Shown here: positions 10,173 to 18,274 of the stretch, in pieces
Numbering within the stretch: the stretch's first letter is position 1
How the letters are laid out: the number at the start of each line of letters is the position of its first letter
Source: Aquifex aeolicus VF5
GTDB lineage: Bacteria > Aquificota > Aquificia > Aquificales > Aquificaceae
Length of the DNA stretch: 32,000 nt
Assembly: GCF_000008625.1 (NCBI RefSeq)
Contig: NC_000918.1
Span: forward strand, 1 to 32,000
Direction: 5' to 3'
Notes under the pieces: generated by a model
What the model was told of the DNA's origin: nothing
Database searches by the model: none
Seen by the model: the letters and a program-made list of their open reading frames with translations, nothing else
Made by a program: the position numbers and the translations under genes

Positions 10173-11299
10173 AGTATTTCCCTCAAAACAGATATAGCCC
10201 TGTCAATGTGTTCCTTCTGAATTATCAAGGGCGGTAAGAACCTGAGAACTTTTCCGGCGGTGCAGTTTATGAGAAGTCCCTTTTCAAGAGCCTTGAGAAC
10301 GTAATCTTTACACTCTCTTTCAAGTTCAAGACCGAGCATCAATCCTCTTCCCTTTACCTTTCCTTTGCCGAGTTCCTTCAGTTTTTCTTTGAAGTAATTC
10401 CCCACTTCCCTTACGTGAGGCAGGAGTTTTTCAACTTCATCTACTACCACTGTTCCCGCCCTGCAGGCTAAGGGGTTTCCTCCGAAGGTAGAGCCGTGGG
10501 AGCCGGGAGTAAAGCTCTGGGCCACTTCTTCCCTTGCAAGGATGGCACCTATTGGCACACCTCCTCCGAGTCCCTTCGCAAGCGCAATTACGTCCGGTTT
10601 TAGATTGAAGTGTTGATATGCGTAGAATTCCCCGGTCCTTCCTATTCCCGTTTGCACTTCGTCTATAATTAAGAGCACATCTTTTTCTTTACAAATTTCC
10701 TGGAGTTTACTTAGAAAATCCTCACTCGCCTCGTTTACTCCGCCCTCTCCTTGTATAACTTCAATAATTATCCCCGCGGTTTCCTCGTCTAGGAGTTTGT
10801 AAACGCTGTCTATATCGTTCAGCTTTGCGTAAGAAAATCCAGGAACTAGAGGTTCAAAGCCTTTGTGGAACTTTGGCTGTCCCGTTGCGGAGAGGCTACC
10901 GTAGGTTCTCCCGTGGAAAGAGTTTTCAAAGGATATAAACTTCCACTTGTTCTTTCCTTTATCCCTCCAGTACTTCCTTGCGAGCTTTATAGCCGCCTCT
11001 ACACTTTCCGTTCCGCTGTTTGCGAAAAATACCTTCCCTTCTGTCCAGAAGTGTTTTACAAGTTTGTGAGCCAGTTCTTCCTGCCACGGGTTTTCGTAAA
11101 GATTTGAAACGTGGAGGAGTTTCTCAACCTGTTCTTTTAGAGCTTCTGTGAGTTTTGGGTAAGCGTGACCGAGGGAGTTGACGCCTATACCGGAGACAAA
11201 GTCAAGATACTCCTTTCCTTCCTCATCGTACAGGTAAACACCTTTTCCCCTTACAAACTTTACGGGCAACCTTGCGTAATTGTTCATTAAGTATGTCAT
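10169..11299 (-). CDS. argD: Acetylornithine aminotransferase (class III PLP aminotransferase)
   Basis: 376 aa. NNYARLPVKFVRGKGVYLYDEEGKEYLDF, FANSGTESVEAAIKLAR, IIDEVQTGIGRTG and LAKGLGGG (PLP Lys) blocks. Confidence 0.9.
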   Translation of the reverse strand: MTYLMNNYARLPVKFVRGKGVYLYDEEGKEYLDFVSGIGVNSLGHAYPKLTEALKEQVEKLLHVSNLYENPWQEELAHKLVKHFWTEGKVFFANSGTESVEAAIKLARKYWRDKGKNKWKFISFENSFHGRTYGSLSATGQPKFHKGFEPLVPGFSYAKLNDIDSVYKLLDEETAGIIIEVIQGEGGVNEASEDFLSKLQEICKEKDVLLIIDEVQTGIGRTGEFYAYQHFNLKPDVIALAKGLGGGVPIGAILAREEVAQSFTPGSHGSTFGGNPLACRAGTVVVDEVEKLLPHVREVGNYFKEKLKELGKGKVKGRGLMLGLELERECKDYVLKALEKGLLINCTAGKVLRFLPPLIIQKEHIDRAISVLREIL

Positions 11300-12609
11300 G
11301 GTCTTCCCATGCTGTAATACTCAAAGCCTAAGTTTCTAACCTCTTGAGGATCGTATATATTCCTTCCGTCTATTATTATTGGAAGTTCCATCAATCTTTT
11401 TACTCTTTCGAGGTTTGCCCTCTTGAACTCGTCCCACTCGGTCAGGATTAGCAGAGCTTCTGCTCCCTCAACAGCCTTGTACTTGTCATCAAAATACCTG
11501 AGATCCTCCCCTTCAATAAATACCCTTTTGAAGTTTTCAGTAGCTTTAGGGTCGTAAGCCCTTATTTTTGCCCCTTCCCTTAAGAGTCTTTCAACAACTT
11601 TGAGCGAGGGAGCTTCCCTTATGTCGTCCGTGTTCGGCTTGAAGGAAAGTCCCCAGATCGCAATTGTCTTGCCTTTGAGTATCCAGAGTGCATCTTTTAA
11701 CTTTTGAAGTAATCTGTCCACTCTGCTTTCGTTTATACCGAGTGCACCCTTGAGGATTGTAGCATCTACTCCCAATTCTTCAAGTATCCTTATAAAGGCT
11801 TTTGTGTCTTTCGGGAGGCAACTTCCTCCCCATCCCAAGCCCGCTCTTAGGAATTCTTTACCTATCCTCTTGTCGTAACCCATTCCCTGGGCCACTTCCT
11901 CTACGTTTGCCCCCACCTTTTCACACAGGTCAGAAATCATGTTTATGAAGGATATCTTCGTTGCCAAGAATGTATTAGAAGCGTACTTTATTATTTCCGC
12001 TGTGGGCGGGTTTGTAATGAGGATGGGAAAGCCTTTATCGGTTATAGGTTTGTAAATCTCCAGTAATACTTCCTTTGCCCTTTCGCTCTCAACGCCTACT
12101 ACTATTCTGTCGGGTTCTAAGAAGTCTTTTACGGCGTGACCCTCCCTTAAAAATTCCGGATTTGAAGCTACGTCAAATTCCAGTTCTTTGTTTTTCAAGT
12201 ATAGTCTTACGGTTCTCTTAACCTTTCTTTGCGTCCCTACGGGAACGGTGGACTTATTTACGAGGAGTTTGTAGCTATCCATATACTTTGCCGTGAACCT
12301 TGCAACTTCTTCAACCTGAGAGAGATCCGCTGAACCGTCCGGGTTAGACGGAGTTCCTACGCATATAAATATCACCTCCGAAAACTCAATCCCCTCCTTT
12401 ATATCCGTGGTAAAGCTAAGTCTTCCTTCATTTATCCCTTCCCTCAGGAGCTCTTCCAGTCCTGGTTCGTATATGGGGCTCTTTCCCCTTCTTAGGAGTT
12501 CTACCTTTTCGGGTATCTTTTCGACTACGAGTACTTCGTGTCCGAGGTGGGAAAAACAAGCTGCCGTAACTAATCCTACGTATCCGCCGCCTATTACGGA
12601 GAGTTTCAT
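11296..12609 (-). CDS. ugd: UDP-glucose/nucleotide-sugar 6-dehydrogenase
   Basis: 437 aa. N-terminal Rossmann motif IGGGYVGL, catalytic-Cys block GWGGSCLPKD, and C-terminal UDP-binding domain. 4-nt overlap with argD. Confidence 0.9.
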   Translation of the reverse strand: MKLSVIGGGYVGLVTAACFSHLGHEVLVVEKIPEKVELLRRGKSPIYEPGLEELLREGINEGRLSFTTDIKEGIEFSEVIFICVGTPSNPDGSADLSQVEEVARFTAKYMDSYKLLVNKSTVPVGTQRKVKRTVRLYLKNKELEFDVASNPEFLREGHAVKDFLEPDRIVVGVESERAKEVLLEIYKPITDKGFPILITNPPTAEIIKYASNTFLATKISFINMISDLCEKVGANVEEVAQGMGYDKRIGKEFLRAGLGWGGSCLPKDTKAFIRILEELGVDATILKGALGINESRVDRLLQKLKDALWILKGKTIAIWGLSFKPNTDDIREAPSLKVVERLLREGAKIRAYDPKATENFKRVFIEGEDLRYFDDKYKAVEGAEALLILTEWDEFKRANLERVKRLMELPIIIDGRNIYDPQEVRNLGFEYYSMGRP

Positions 12610-12637
12610 TTAGGTTTTAATTTTAACAGAAAGTATA

Positions 12638-12871
12638 TTAAGGATTTTTTTGTTTTTCTCTGAAAAGTTCGGAAAAAGCTTTCCCTGAGAGGATATCTTC
12701 AGCGGGCGGAGTAATCCTTACCAGGAATTCTACTAAAGTATCGCTCTTAAATTTTTCCCTCGTTCTTGTTCTTCTAAACTTAATGGGGTAGCCTTTTTTA
12801 AACCTTTCAATCCTTGCATTCTTGTATTCCTCATCTATTTTCTCAAGGCTTAAGACGATTTCCTTTTTCAT
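12638..12871 (-). CDS. Hypothetical small basic protein (77 aa)
   Basis: Only ORF filling the rodA-ugd gap, on the same strand as its neighbours. I recognise no family. Coding status rests on position only. Confidence 0.4.
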   Translation of the reverse strand: MKKEIVLSLEKIDEEYKNARIERFKKGYPIKFRRTRTREKFKSDTLVEFLVRITPPAEDILSGKAFSELFREKQKNP

Positions 12872-12886
12872 TATTATTCTAAAAAT

Positions 12887-14005
12887 CTATTCGTAAATAC
12901 CGTCCTTTTCCAGTTTCATATAAGGGTAGCGGTACTTCTTATATATGTACTGAGTAACACCTATCATTGCACTGAAGGTTATGGTGGCACTTCCTCCTAC
13001 ACTTACAAAAGGGAGAGGTATCCCGACAACGGGAAACATTCCCATGGTCATCAGCGTGTTTACCGTAAACTGGAACAGGATAAGGGAAAAGGTTCCGGCT
13101 ATGAAGAGTTTCTCCGAGAGTCTTTGAGCCATTTCGTGGTACTGAATGAGTCTCAAAAAGAGCAGTAAAAACAGAGAACATAGTATGAAAGTGCCTATAA
13201 ATCCGAGTTCTTCGCCTATCACCGCAAATATAAAGTCCGTGTGCTTTTCAGGAAGGAAAAATAGGTGAGTTTGAGTCCCACTCAGGAGTCCTTTTCCCGT
13301 TAGCATACCAGAACCTATGGCTATCTTTGACTGTATTAACTGGTATCCGCTTCCGTAGTAATCGCTCATCGGGTCTATAACTGCGAGAATTCTCTTCTTC
13401 TGATAGGGTTTTAAGAAGTACTTCCAAGCAAGGGGTAAAAACGCAAGGAATGCCATTCCGGCAAGGATAAAGTACCTTAAAGGTACGCCTCTCACGAAAA
13501 GCATGAAAACAAGTGGAACGTAGTAAGACACAGTAGTGCCGAGGTCGGGCTGTTTGAGTGTTACCAGAGAGGGTATGGCGTAAATGAGAAATAATAGAAA
13601 AACTTTCCTGTCCTTAATACTCTTTATTGCGGGAAGCAGGTAAGCGCTAACGAGTATCAGGGAAAACTTCATGAGTTCCGAAGGCTGGACGTTGAAAAAG
13701 CCGAGGTGAAGCCACCTCTTTGCCCCGTAAACCTCTTTTCCGTAGAGTAAAACCGCCATGAGGAGGAGGAGGTTAAAAAGGTAGATGTAAAAGGATAAAT
13801 CCAGCAGGTTTTCAAACTTTTCAAAGGAGAGGAAAATTATCAAAAGCCAGCCAAGGATTACGTAAGTAAGGTGCTTATAAAAAAACGGAGAGGTTCCTCC
13901 GTCGTAGGTAGCGCTGTAAACGGCAACGAGACCAAATCCCTGAATGCATAAAAGGATTAATAAAAGGAAGAAATCAAGCTCTCTTAACTCCTCCAGAAAT
14001 CGCAT
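12887..14005 (-). CDS. rodA: SEDS-family peptidoglycan polymerase (RodA/FtsW type)
   Basis: 372 aa and polytopic. QPSELMK, LKQPDLGT, GYQLIQSKIAIGSG...G and PEKHTDFIFAVIGEELGFIG are SEDS signature blocks. Confidence 0.9.
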   Translation of the reverse strand: MRFLEELRELDFFLLLILLCIQGFGLVAVYSATYDGGTSPFFYKHLTYVILGWLLIIFLSFEKFENLLDLSFYIYLFNLLLLMAVLLYGKEVYGAKRWLHLGFFNVQPSELMKFSLILVSAYLLPAIKSIKDRKVFLLFLIYAIPSLVTLKQPDLGTTVSYYVPLVFMLFVRGVPLRYFILAGMAFLAFLPLAWKYFLKPYQKKRILAVIDPMSDYYGSGYQLIQSKIAIGSGMLTGKGLLSGTQTHLFFLPEKHTDFIFAVIGEELGFIGTFILCSLFLLLFLRLIQYHEMAQRLSEKLFIAGTFSLILFQFTVNTLMTMGMFPVVGIPLPFVSVGGSATITFSAMIGVTQYIYKKYRYPYMKLEKDGIYE

Positions 14006-14183
14006 TAATTACCCTTACCTCGTCTCCTTCTTCCACGTATTCGTCCTCGGATATAACCTCACCGTTCTTAACGACTAAAGAGGAAATAGGGGAAAGACCG
14101 AGCTTCTTTAAGAGCTCTTTAGCCTTTAACTTCTTTTCGGGAAATTCGTACTCTTTCCCCCGGTAAAGCACTTTTATGGGCAT
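13974..14183 (-). CDS. ThiS/MoaD-like ubiquitin-fold small protein with a Gly-Gly followed by a 4-aa tail (VKRA)
   Basis: 69 aa. ...NGEVISEDEYVEEGDEVRVINAISGG-VKRA matches the C-terminal pattern of the sulfur carriers ThiS/MoaD (GDEV...xxGG). Overlaps the SCP2-like gene by 10 nt and rodA by 32 nt. Confidence 0.6.
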   Translation of the reverse strand: MPIKVLYRGKEYEFPEKKLKAKELLKKLGLSPISSLVVKNGEVISEDEYVEEGDEVRVINAISGGVKRA

Positions 14184-14656
14184 CTTGAAGTATCCGCCTC
14201 CACTTCGTCTATTTTATCAAGGAATGCCTCAAAAGGCCCCATGTTCTTCATGGCGACAAAACGAGGTCCTTCAAACTTCAGCCTTCCGAAGAGCATTGCC
14301 TTCATAGGACCGTACTCTTTCCTTCCCATTTCAAGCCACCTTTTTGTGTCCGCGTACATTAAAAAGTCGTTATCCGTTTTCTCGTCCTTCTTCCATCCTC
14401 CGTAAACACAAACCGCCCTTCCGTTTTCGTTCTTTATGGTGAGCTGAATTTGTTTTTCCGGACCGCAGTCTTTTCTGTAAAGGAAGAGTTTTCTTTCGGG
14501 AACTTCCGTCCAGCTTTCGCTTTTTCCGAGTTTTTCAACGAGTTCTGGTGTGTTGTTCCAGACTTCGCAAAATTGTTTTGCCCATTCTGCATCCATGAAC
14601 ACAGGCTTTGCAAAGGCTATCGCAGAAACGAGAACCCCTGCTAAGAGCTTTTTCAT
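14174..14656 (-). CDS. Exported SCP2 (sterol-carrier-protein-2)-like domain protein
   Basis: 160 aa. Signal-peptide-like N-terminus MKKLLAGVLVSAIAFA. C-terminal ...PMKAMLFGRLKFEGPRFVAMKNMGPF resembles the SCP2 G-K-L-K-x-x-G helix region. Strong SD AGGGAGGTGA upstream. Confidence 0.55.
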   Translation of the reverse strand: MKKLLAGVLVSAIAFAKPVFMDAEWAKQFCEVWNNTPELVEKLGKSESWTEVPERKLFLYRKDCGPEKQIQLTIKNENGRAVCVYGGWKKDEKTDNDFLMYADTKRWLEMGRKEYGPMKAMLFGRLKFEGPRFVAMKNMGPFEAFLDKIDEVEADTSRCP

Positions 14657-14675
14657 ATCTTCACCTCCCTTAGAG

Positions 14676-16454
14676 TTATTTAATTAAATTTTGTCTTTCG
14701 TTTTCCACGAATTCTATAAGTTTTTTGAATGGGAGGGGTGGCGAAAAGTAATAACCCTGAGCCTCATCACAGAGGAGTTTTTTTAGTTCCCTTATCTGTT
14801 CTTCATTTTCAACACCCTCTGCAAGGGCAAGGGCGTTTAAATTGTGCGTAAGTTCAATTATGTTTCTCACAACCTGCCAGGCGTTTACGTTTTCAAGCAT
14901 CTTATCAATAAAACTCTTGTCTATCTTTATTTCGTCTACGTCGAACTCAACGAGGTAATGCATGGAGGAGTAACCTGTCCCGAAATCGTCTATCGCGATC
15001 TTTACACCTAATTTCTTTAGTTCACTCAGGATTTCTACTGCTTTTTCAGACTTTGCCATTAAAGCCCTTTCCGTTAGTTCCAGAATTACGTTTCTTAATG
15101 GAAACTTAAACTTTTCCTCGAACTCAATTAATTTCTGTATCAACTCTACGCTGTAGAACTGTTCCGCGTTCACGTTTATAGAGAGATAAAACTCCCTTTC
15201 TTTGACAAAGTCCGAAAGCTCTCTGAAAGCTTTTTCCATGACGATGTAGTTTATTTGTGAAACCAGTCCGTACTTTTCGGCTACGGGGACAAAGATACTC
15301 GGAGGCACTTCTCCGAGTTCAGGGTGATACCACCGCACCAAGGCTTCTGCACCGACTGGTCTGAAGTCCTTCAGGCTAACTATAGGTTGATAAACCACTC
15401 CGAATTCTTTCTTTTCTATGCTCTCTTCTAAAAATTCCTTTATCCGTAGTTCCTTTTTGAGCTTCTCTTCGTACTCTTTTTTGTAGAAGTTGACCGTATT
15501 TTTCGCGAAAAGTAATGCCAGCTCCGCCTTCTCTAAAAGTTCCTTTGGATTTTCTCCGTCTTGAGGATAAGAGGATATTCCCGCTTTTATGTTTAAATCT
15601 ACGGAGTCTACTTTTTCCTTAGAAAGTTTTTCTACTAACTCAACAACTTCTTCTCTTTCCTTGTTTCTAAGAGCTATCCCGAAAGCCTTTCCAGATAGCC
15701 GGGCTGCCGCTCCTTCCTTAACAAGCGTTCTCAAACGGTTTGCTATTTCTTTAAGTATTTCATCTCCCTTATCGAACCCAAAGAGGAAGTTAATCTCACC
15801 AAAGTTTTTTAAATTGAGCATGCACACATGGAGGTTATTAGTCTCTTCATCGTGAATGAATCTTTGAAGGAGCATAATAAACAGGTGTCTGTTAGGAAGT
15901 CCCGTGAGTTGATCGAAAAAGGCGAGGTAGTACACCTTTTTCCTTAAAAGAATTTCATTCGTTACATCGGTGAATAAAATTAGTACTATACATTCTTCAT
16001 CTTTTTTAAAGCTTATAATGTACAACCTTACGTATTTATCCTCACCTTTCTTGGTTTTCAACTTTAAGGTGTATTCCTTGGGTTTTTCTATACACGTTCC
16101 CGCTTCATTGAGAACCTTCTGTGCCCTTTTTCTGTAATGGAAAGGTAAGAATTCGAAGGGAGATTTGTTCATAACTTCGTGTCTTGTGTAGCCGAAAAGC
16201 TTTAAAGTGTAATCGTTTACGAAGATTATCTTTCCGCCTTTCAAAAGTAGCAGTCCCGCGGGGAGGTTTTGAGCCAGGGTTTCAAAGAGCTTTTTTTCTT
16301 CCTTTAGTTTTTCCTCGAGTTCTTTGAGGTTCGTTATGTCAACCCAGTATCCGGCAACCCTGTAAAGGTTTCCCTCCTTGCTTACCACCTTGGCATTGGC
16401 GTATATCCAGACGTAAGAGCCGTCCTTTTTCCTTAACCTGTAAACGGTTTGCAC
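14676..16454 (-). CDS. PAS (C-terminal half) - PAS - degenerate GGDEF - EAL signalling protein, downstream part of a TGA-interrupted frame
   Basis: 592 aa as tracked, from a GTG. QLTGLPNRHLF opens a GGDEF domain whose signature is SGKAF instead of GGDEF. The EAL domain looks intact (GAEALVRW, ELTE, DDFGTGYSS, KIDKSF, EGVE, QGYYF). It is in frame with 16527-17006. Confidence 0.85.
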   Translation of the reverse strand: MQTVYRLRKKDGSYVWIYANAKVVSKEGNLYRVAGYWVDITNLKELEEKLKEEKKLFETLAQNLPAGLLLLKGGKIIFVNDYTLKLFGYTRHEVMNKSPFEFLPFHYRKRAQKVLNEAGTCIEKPKEYTLKLKTKKGEDKYVRLYIISFKKDEECIVLILFTDVTNEILLRKKVYYLAFFDQLTGLPNRHLFIMLLQRFIHDEETNNLHVCMLNLKNFGEINFLFGFDKGDEILKEIANRLRTLVKEGAAARLSGKAFGIALRNKEREEVVELVEKLSKEKVDSVDLNIKAGISSYPQDGENPKELLEKAELALLFAKNTVNFYKKEYEEKLKKELRIKEFLEESIEKKEFGVVYQPIVSLKDFRPVGAEALVRWYHPELGEVPPSIFVPVAEKYGLVSQINYIVMEKAFRELSDFVKEREFYLSINVNAEQFYSVELIQKLIEFEEKFKFPLRNVILELTERALMAKSEKAVEILSELKKLGVKIAIDDFGTGYSSMHYLVEFDVDEIKIDKSFIDKMLENVNAWQVVRNIIELTHNLNALALAEGVENEEQIRELKKLLCDEAQGYYFSPPLPFKKLIEFVENERQNLIK

Positions 16455-16526
16455 GAAGTTCTTTTCCTTGAGCTCTTCTACGGCTTTCAGAGCTTTTTCC
16501 CTGTCCTTGGGGTGTAGATTTTCAAC

Positions 16527-17006
16527 TCACCAGTCTTTAGATATTTCTTCAGGCTTCCATCCCAGCCACTTTTCAAGACTCGGAGTGACGTAGAGTATCT
16601 TTTGTGGGTAAGGGGGCTCGGCTTCAACGAGGTAGGCTACAAAGGGGTATGAGTCCAGAAGCGTTTTGTATATAGTGTAAGAAGTGATCTTTTCCGCGAT
16701 TCTTTCGGAGACTTCCTTTACGAATTTAAGGAATTCCTCTTCTACTTTACTCAGTTTCCTTCCTTTTTTCAAAGGAAAGTAAAGGTTTACTTTTGCATAA
16801 GTGTTTATCCTGATTTCAAGTACTACTTCATTTCCTTTTGCACTACCTCTGCCGTCCCACTCTATCCTGTAGCCTTCCGAACCCAGAAATTCCGATACAG
16901 CTTTTCCGACTACGGAAATAAATTCATAATGGGTGTTCGCTCGGGAAGCTTCTTGAAAAATGGTTTTTAAAGTTTCTAACTCTCTTTCTATAATCTTTGA
17001 GTACAT
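16527..17006 (-). CDS. N-terminal part of the same sensor protein (unknown N-domain plus first half of a PAS domain), ending at an in-frame TGA
   Basis: 159 aa ending ...YVTPSLEKWLGWKPEEISKDW-TGA. The same frame continues VENLHPKDREKALKAVEEL..., which completes a PAS domain. Confidence 0.8.
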   Translation of the reverse strand: MYSKIIERELETLKTIFQEASRANTHYEFISVVGKAVSEFLGSEGYRIEWDGRGSAKGNEVVLEIRINTYAKVNLYFPLKKGRKLSKVEEEFLKFVKEVSERIAEKITSYTIYKTLLDSYPFVAYLVEAEPPYPQKILYVTPSLEKWLGWKPEEISKDW

Positions 17007-17052
17007 CCTATTTAAAATTTAATTTTAGATTTTTTCAGGAGGTAAAAAAATC

Positions 17053-18261
17053 ATGAAAAATTTGACACCCTTGGAAGAAGCCCTGAAGATCGTCTTGGAG
17101 AACGTAAAACCTCTGGAAAGTGAAAGGGTTTTTATACACGAAGCTCTCGGAAGGGTTTTAGCGGAAGACGTAGTTTCCGATACGGATAAACCCTTGTTTG
17201 ACAACTCCGCCATGGACGGGTATGCGGTGCGCTGGGAGGATATAAAGGAAGTGCCCGCCAAGTTAAAGGTAATAGGTGAGTACGCAGCGGGAACCGGGGA
17301 AAACTTAAAAGTGGAAAAGGGAACCGCGGTAAAGATATTCACGGGAGCTCCAATACCAGAGGGTGCGGATACGGTGGTACCCGTGGAGTATACGGAAACT
17401 CAGGACGGATACGTAATCGTTAAGAAGAGTTTCAAACAGGGAGCAAACGTAAGGAGAAGGGGCGAAGACGTAAAAAAAGGAGAAGTGGTAATACCTAAAG
17501 GAAAGGAGATAAGACCTTATGAAATGGGAATGCTCGCTTCAGTAAACAGGGCTGTGGTGAGTGTTTACAGAAAACCGCACGTGGGAATACTCTCCACGGG
17601 AGATGAGATACTGGACGTGTGTGAAGAACAAACCAAACCTTCGCAGATAAGGACTTCTAACAACTACACCGTTTACGGGCAGGTTTTACAGGCGGGAGGT
17701 ATTCCTCACAACCTCGGCATAGCCCCCGACGAGCCTCAAAAACTGAAGGAAATTATGAGGAGTATACACAAGTACGACATCTTCATAACCACGGGCGGTG
17801 TGTCCATGGGCGAAAAAGACTACGTCCAGTACCTCGTGGAAGACTTAGGTATAGACGTAAAGTTTCACAAACTCAGGATTAAACCGGCCAAACCCGTCCT
17901 TTTCGGCGTTTACGGAGAGAATAAACTCTTCTTCGGACTTCCCGGAAATCCCGTCTCAGCAGCCGTAGCCTTTGACCTTCTCGTTTACCCTGCCATAAAA
18001 GCCATGCAAGGGCACAGGGAAGTGTTTAAACAAAAGGTAACCGCTATCCTTGAGGGCGATTACAGGAGGAAGAACGCGGACAGGAGGGAGTTCGCAAGGT
18101 GCAGGGTGTGGTTTGAGAACGGAAGGTACCACTGCGAACCTTATCCAAAACAGGACAGCCATATGCTCACCTCCCTTGTTAACTCAAACGCCTACATGGT
18201 AGTTTACGAAGGCGTGAACGAGCTGAAGAAGGGGCAGGAGGTGGAAGTTATACTTTTCTAA
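17053..18261 (+). CDS. moeA: Molybdopterin molybdenumtransferase
   Basis: 402 aa. PLFDNSAMDGYAVR, the TGAPIPEGADTVV loop, TTGGVSMGEKD, and PGNPVSA motifs of MoeA. SD AGGAGG upstream. Confidence 0.92.
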   Translation: MKNLTPLEEALKIVLENVKPLESERVFIHEALGRVLAEDVVSDTDKPLFDNSAMDGYAVRWEDIKEVPAKLKVIGEYAAGTGENLKVEKGTAVKIFTGAPIPEGADTVVPVEYTETQDGYVIVKKSFKQGANVRRRGEDVKKGEVVIPKGKEIRPYEMGMLASVNRAVVSVYRKPHVGILSTGDEILDVCEEQTKPSQIRTSNNYTVYGQVLQAGGIPHNLGIAPDEPQKLKEIMRSIHKYDIFITTGGVSMGEKDYVQYLVEDLGIDVKFHKLRIKPAKPVLFGVYGENKLFFGLPGNPVSAAVAFDLLVYPAIKAMQGHREVFKQKVTAILEGDYRRKNADRREFARCRVWFENGRYHCEPYPKQDSHMLTSLVNSNAYMVVYEGVNELKKGQEVEVILF

Positions 18262-18274
18262 GGGAGGGCAAAAG

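Noticed and set aside
16455-16529. Selenocysteine insertion at the in-frame TGA of the PAS sensor
   Set aside because: Downstream I found only a 6-bp stem (AGCUCU...AGAGCU), which begins about 37 nt after the UGA. This does not resemble a bacterial SECIS placed right after the codon. The position is not a redox-active site, and TGG-to-TGA mutation or error is simpler. It remains untested without a SECIS search.
17007-17052. AT-rich 46-bp divergent spacer (TTTAAAATTTAATTTTAGATTTTTT) between the sensor gene and moeA, considered as a specific operator
   Set aside because: It is only a near-palindrome with mismatches. It is indistinguishable from generic AT-rich promoter DNA without TSS or conservation data.
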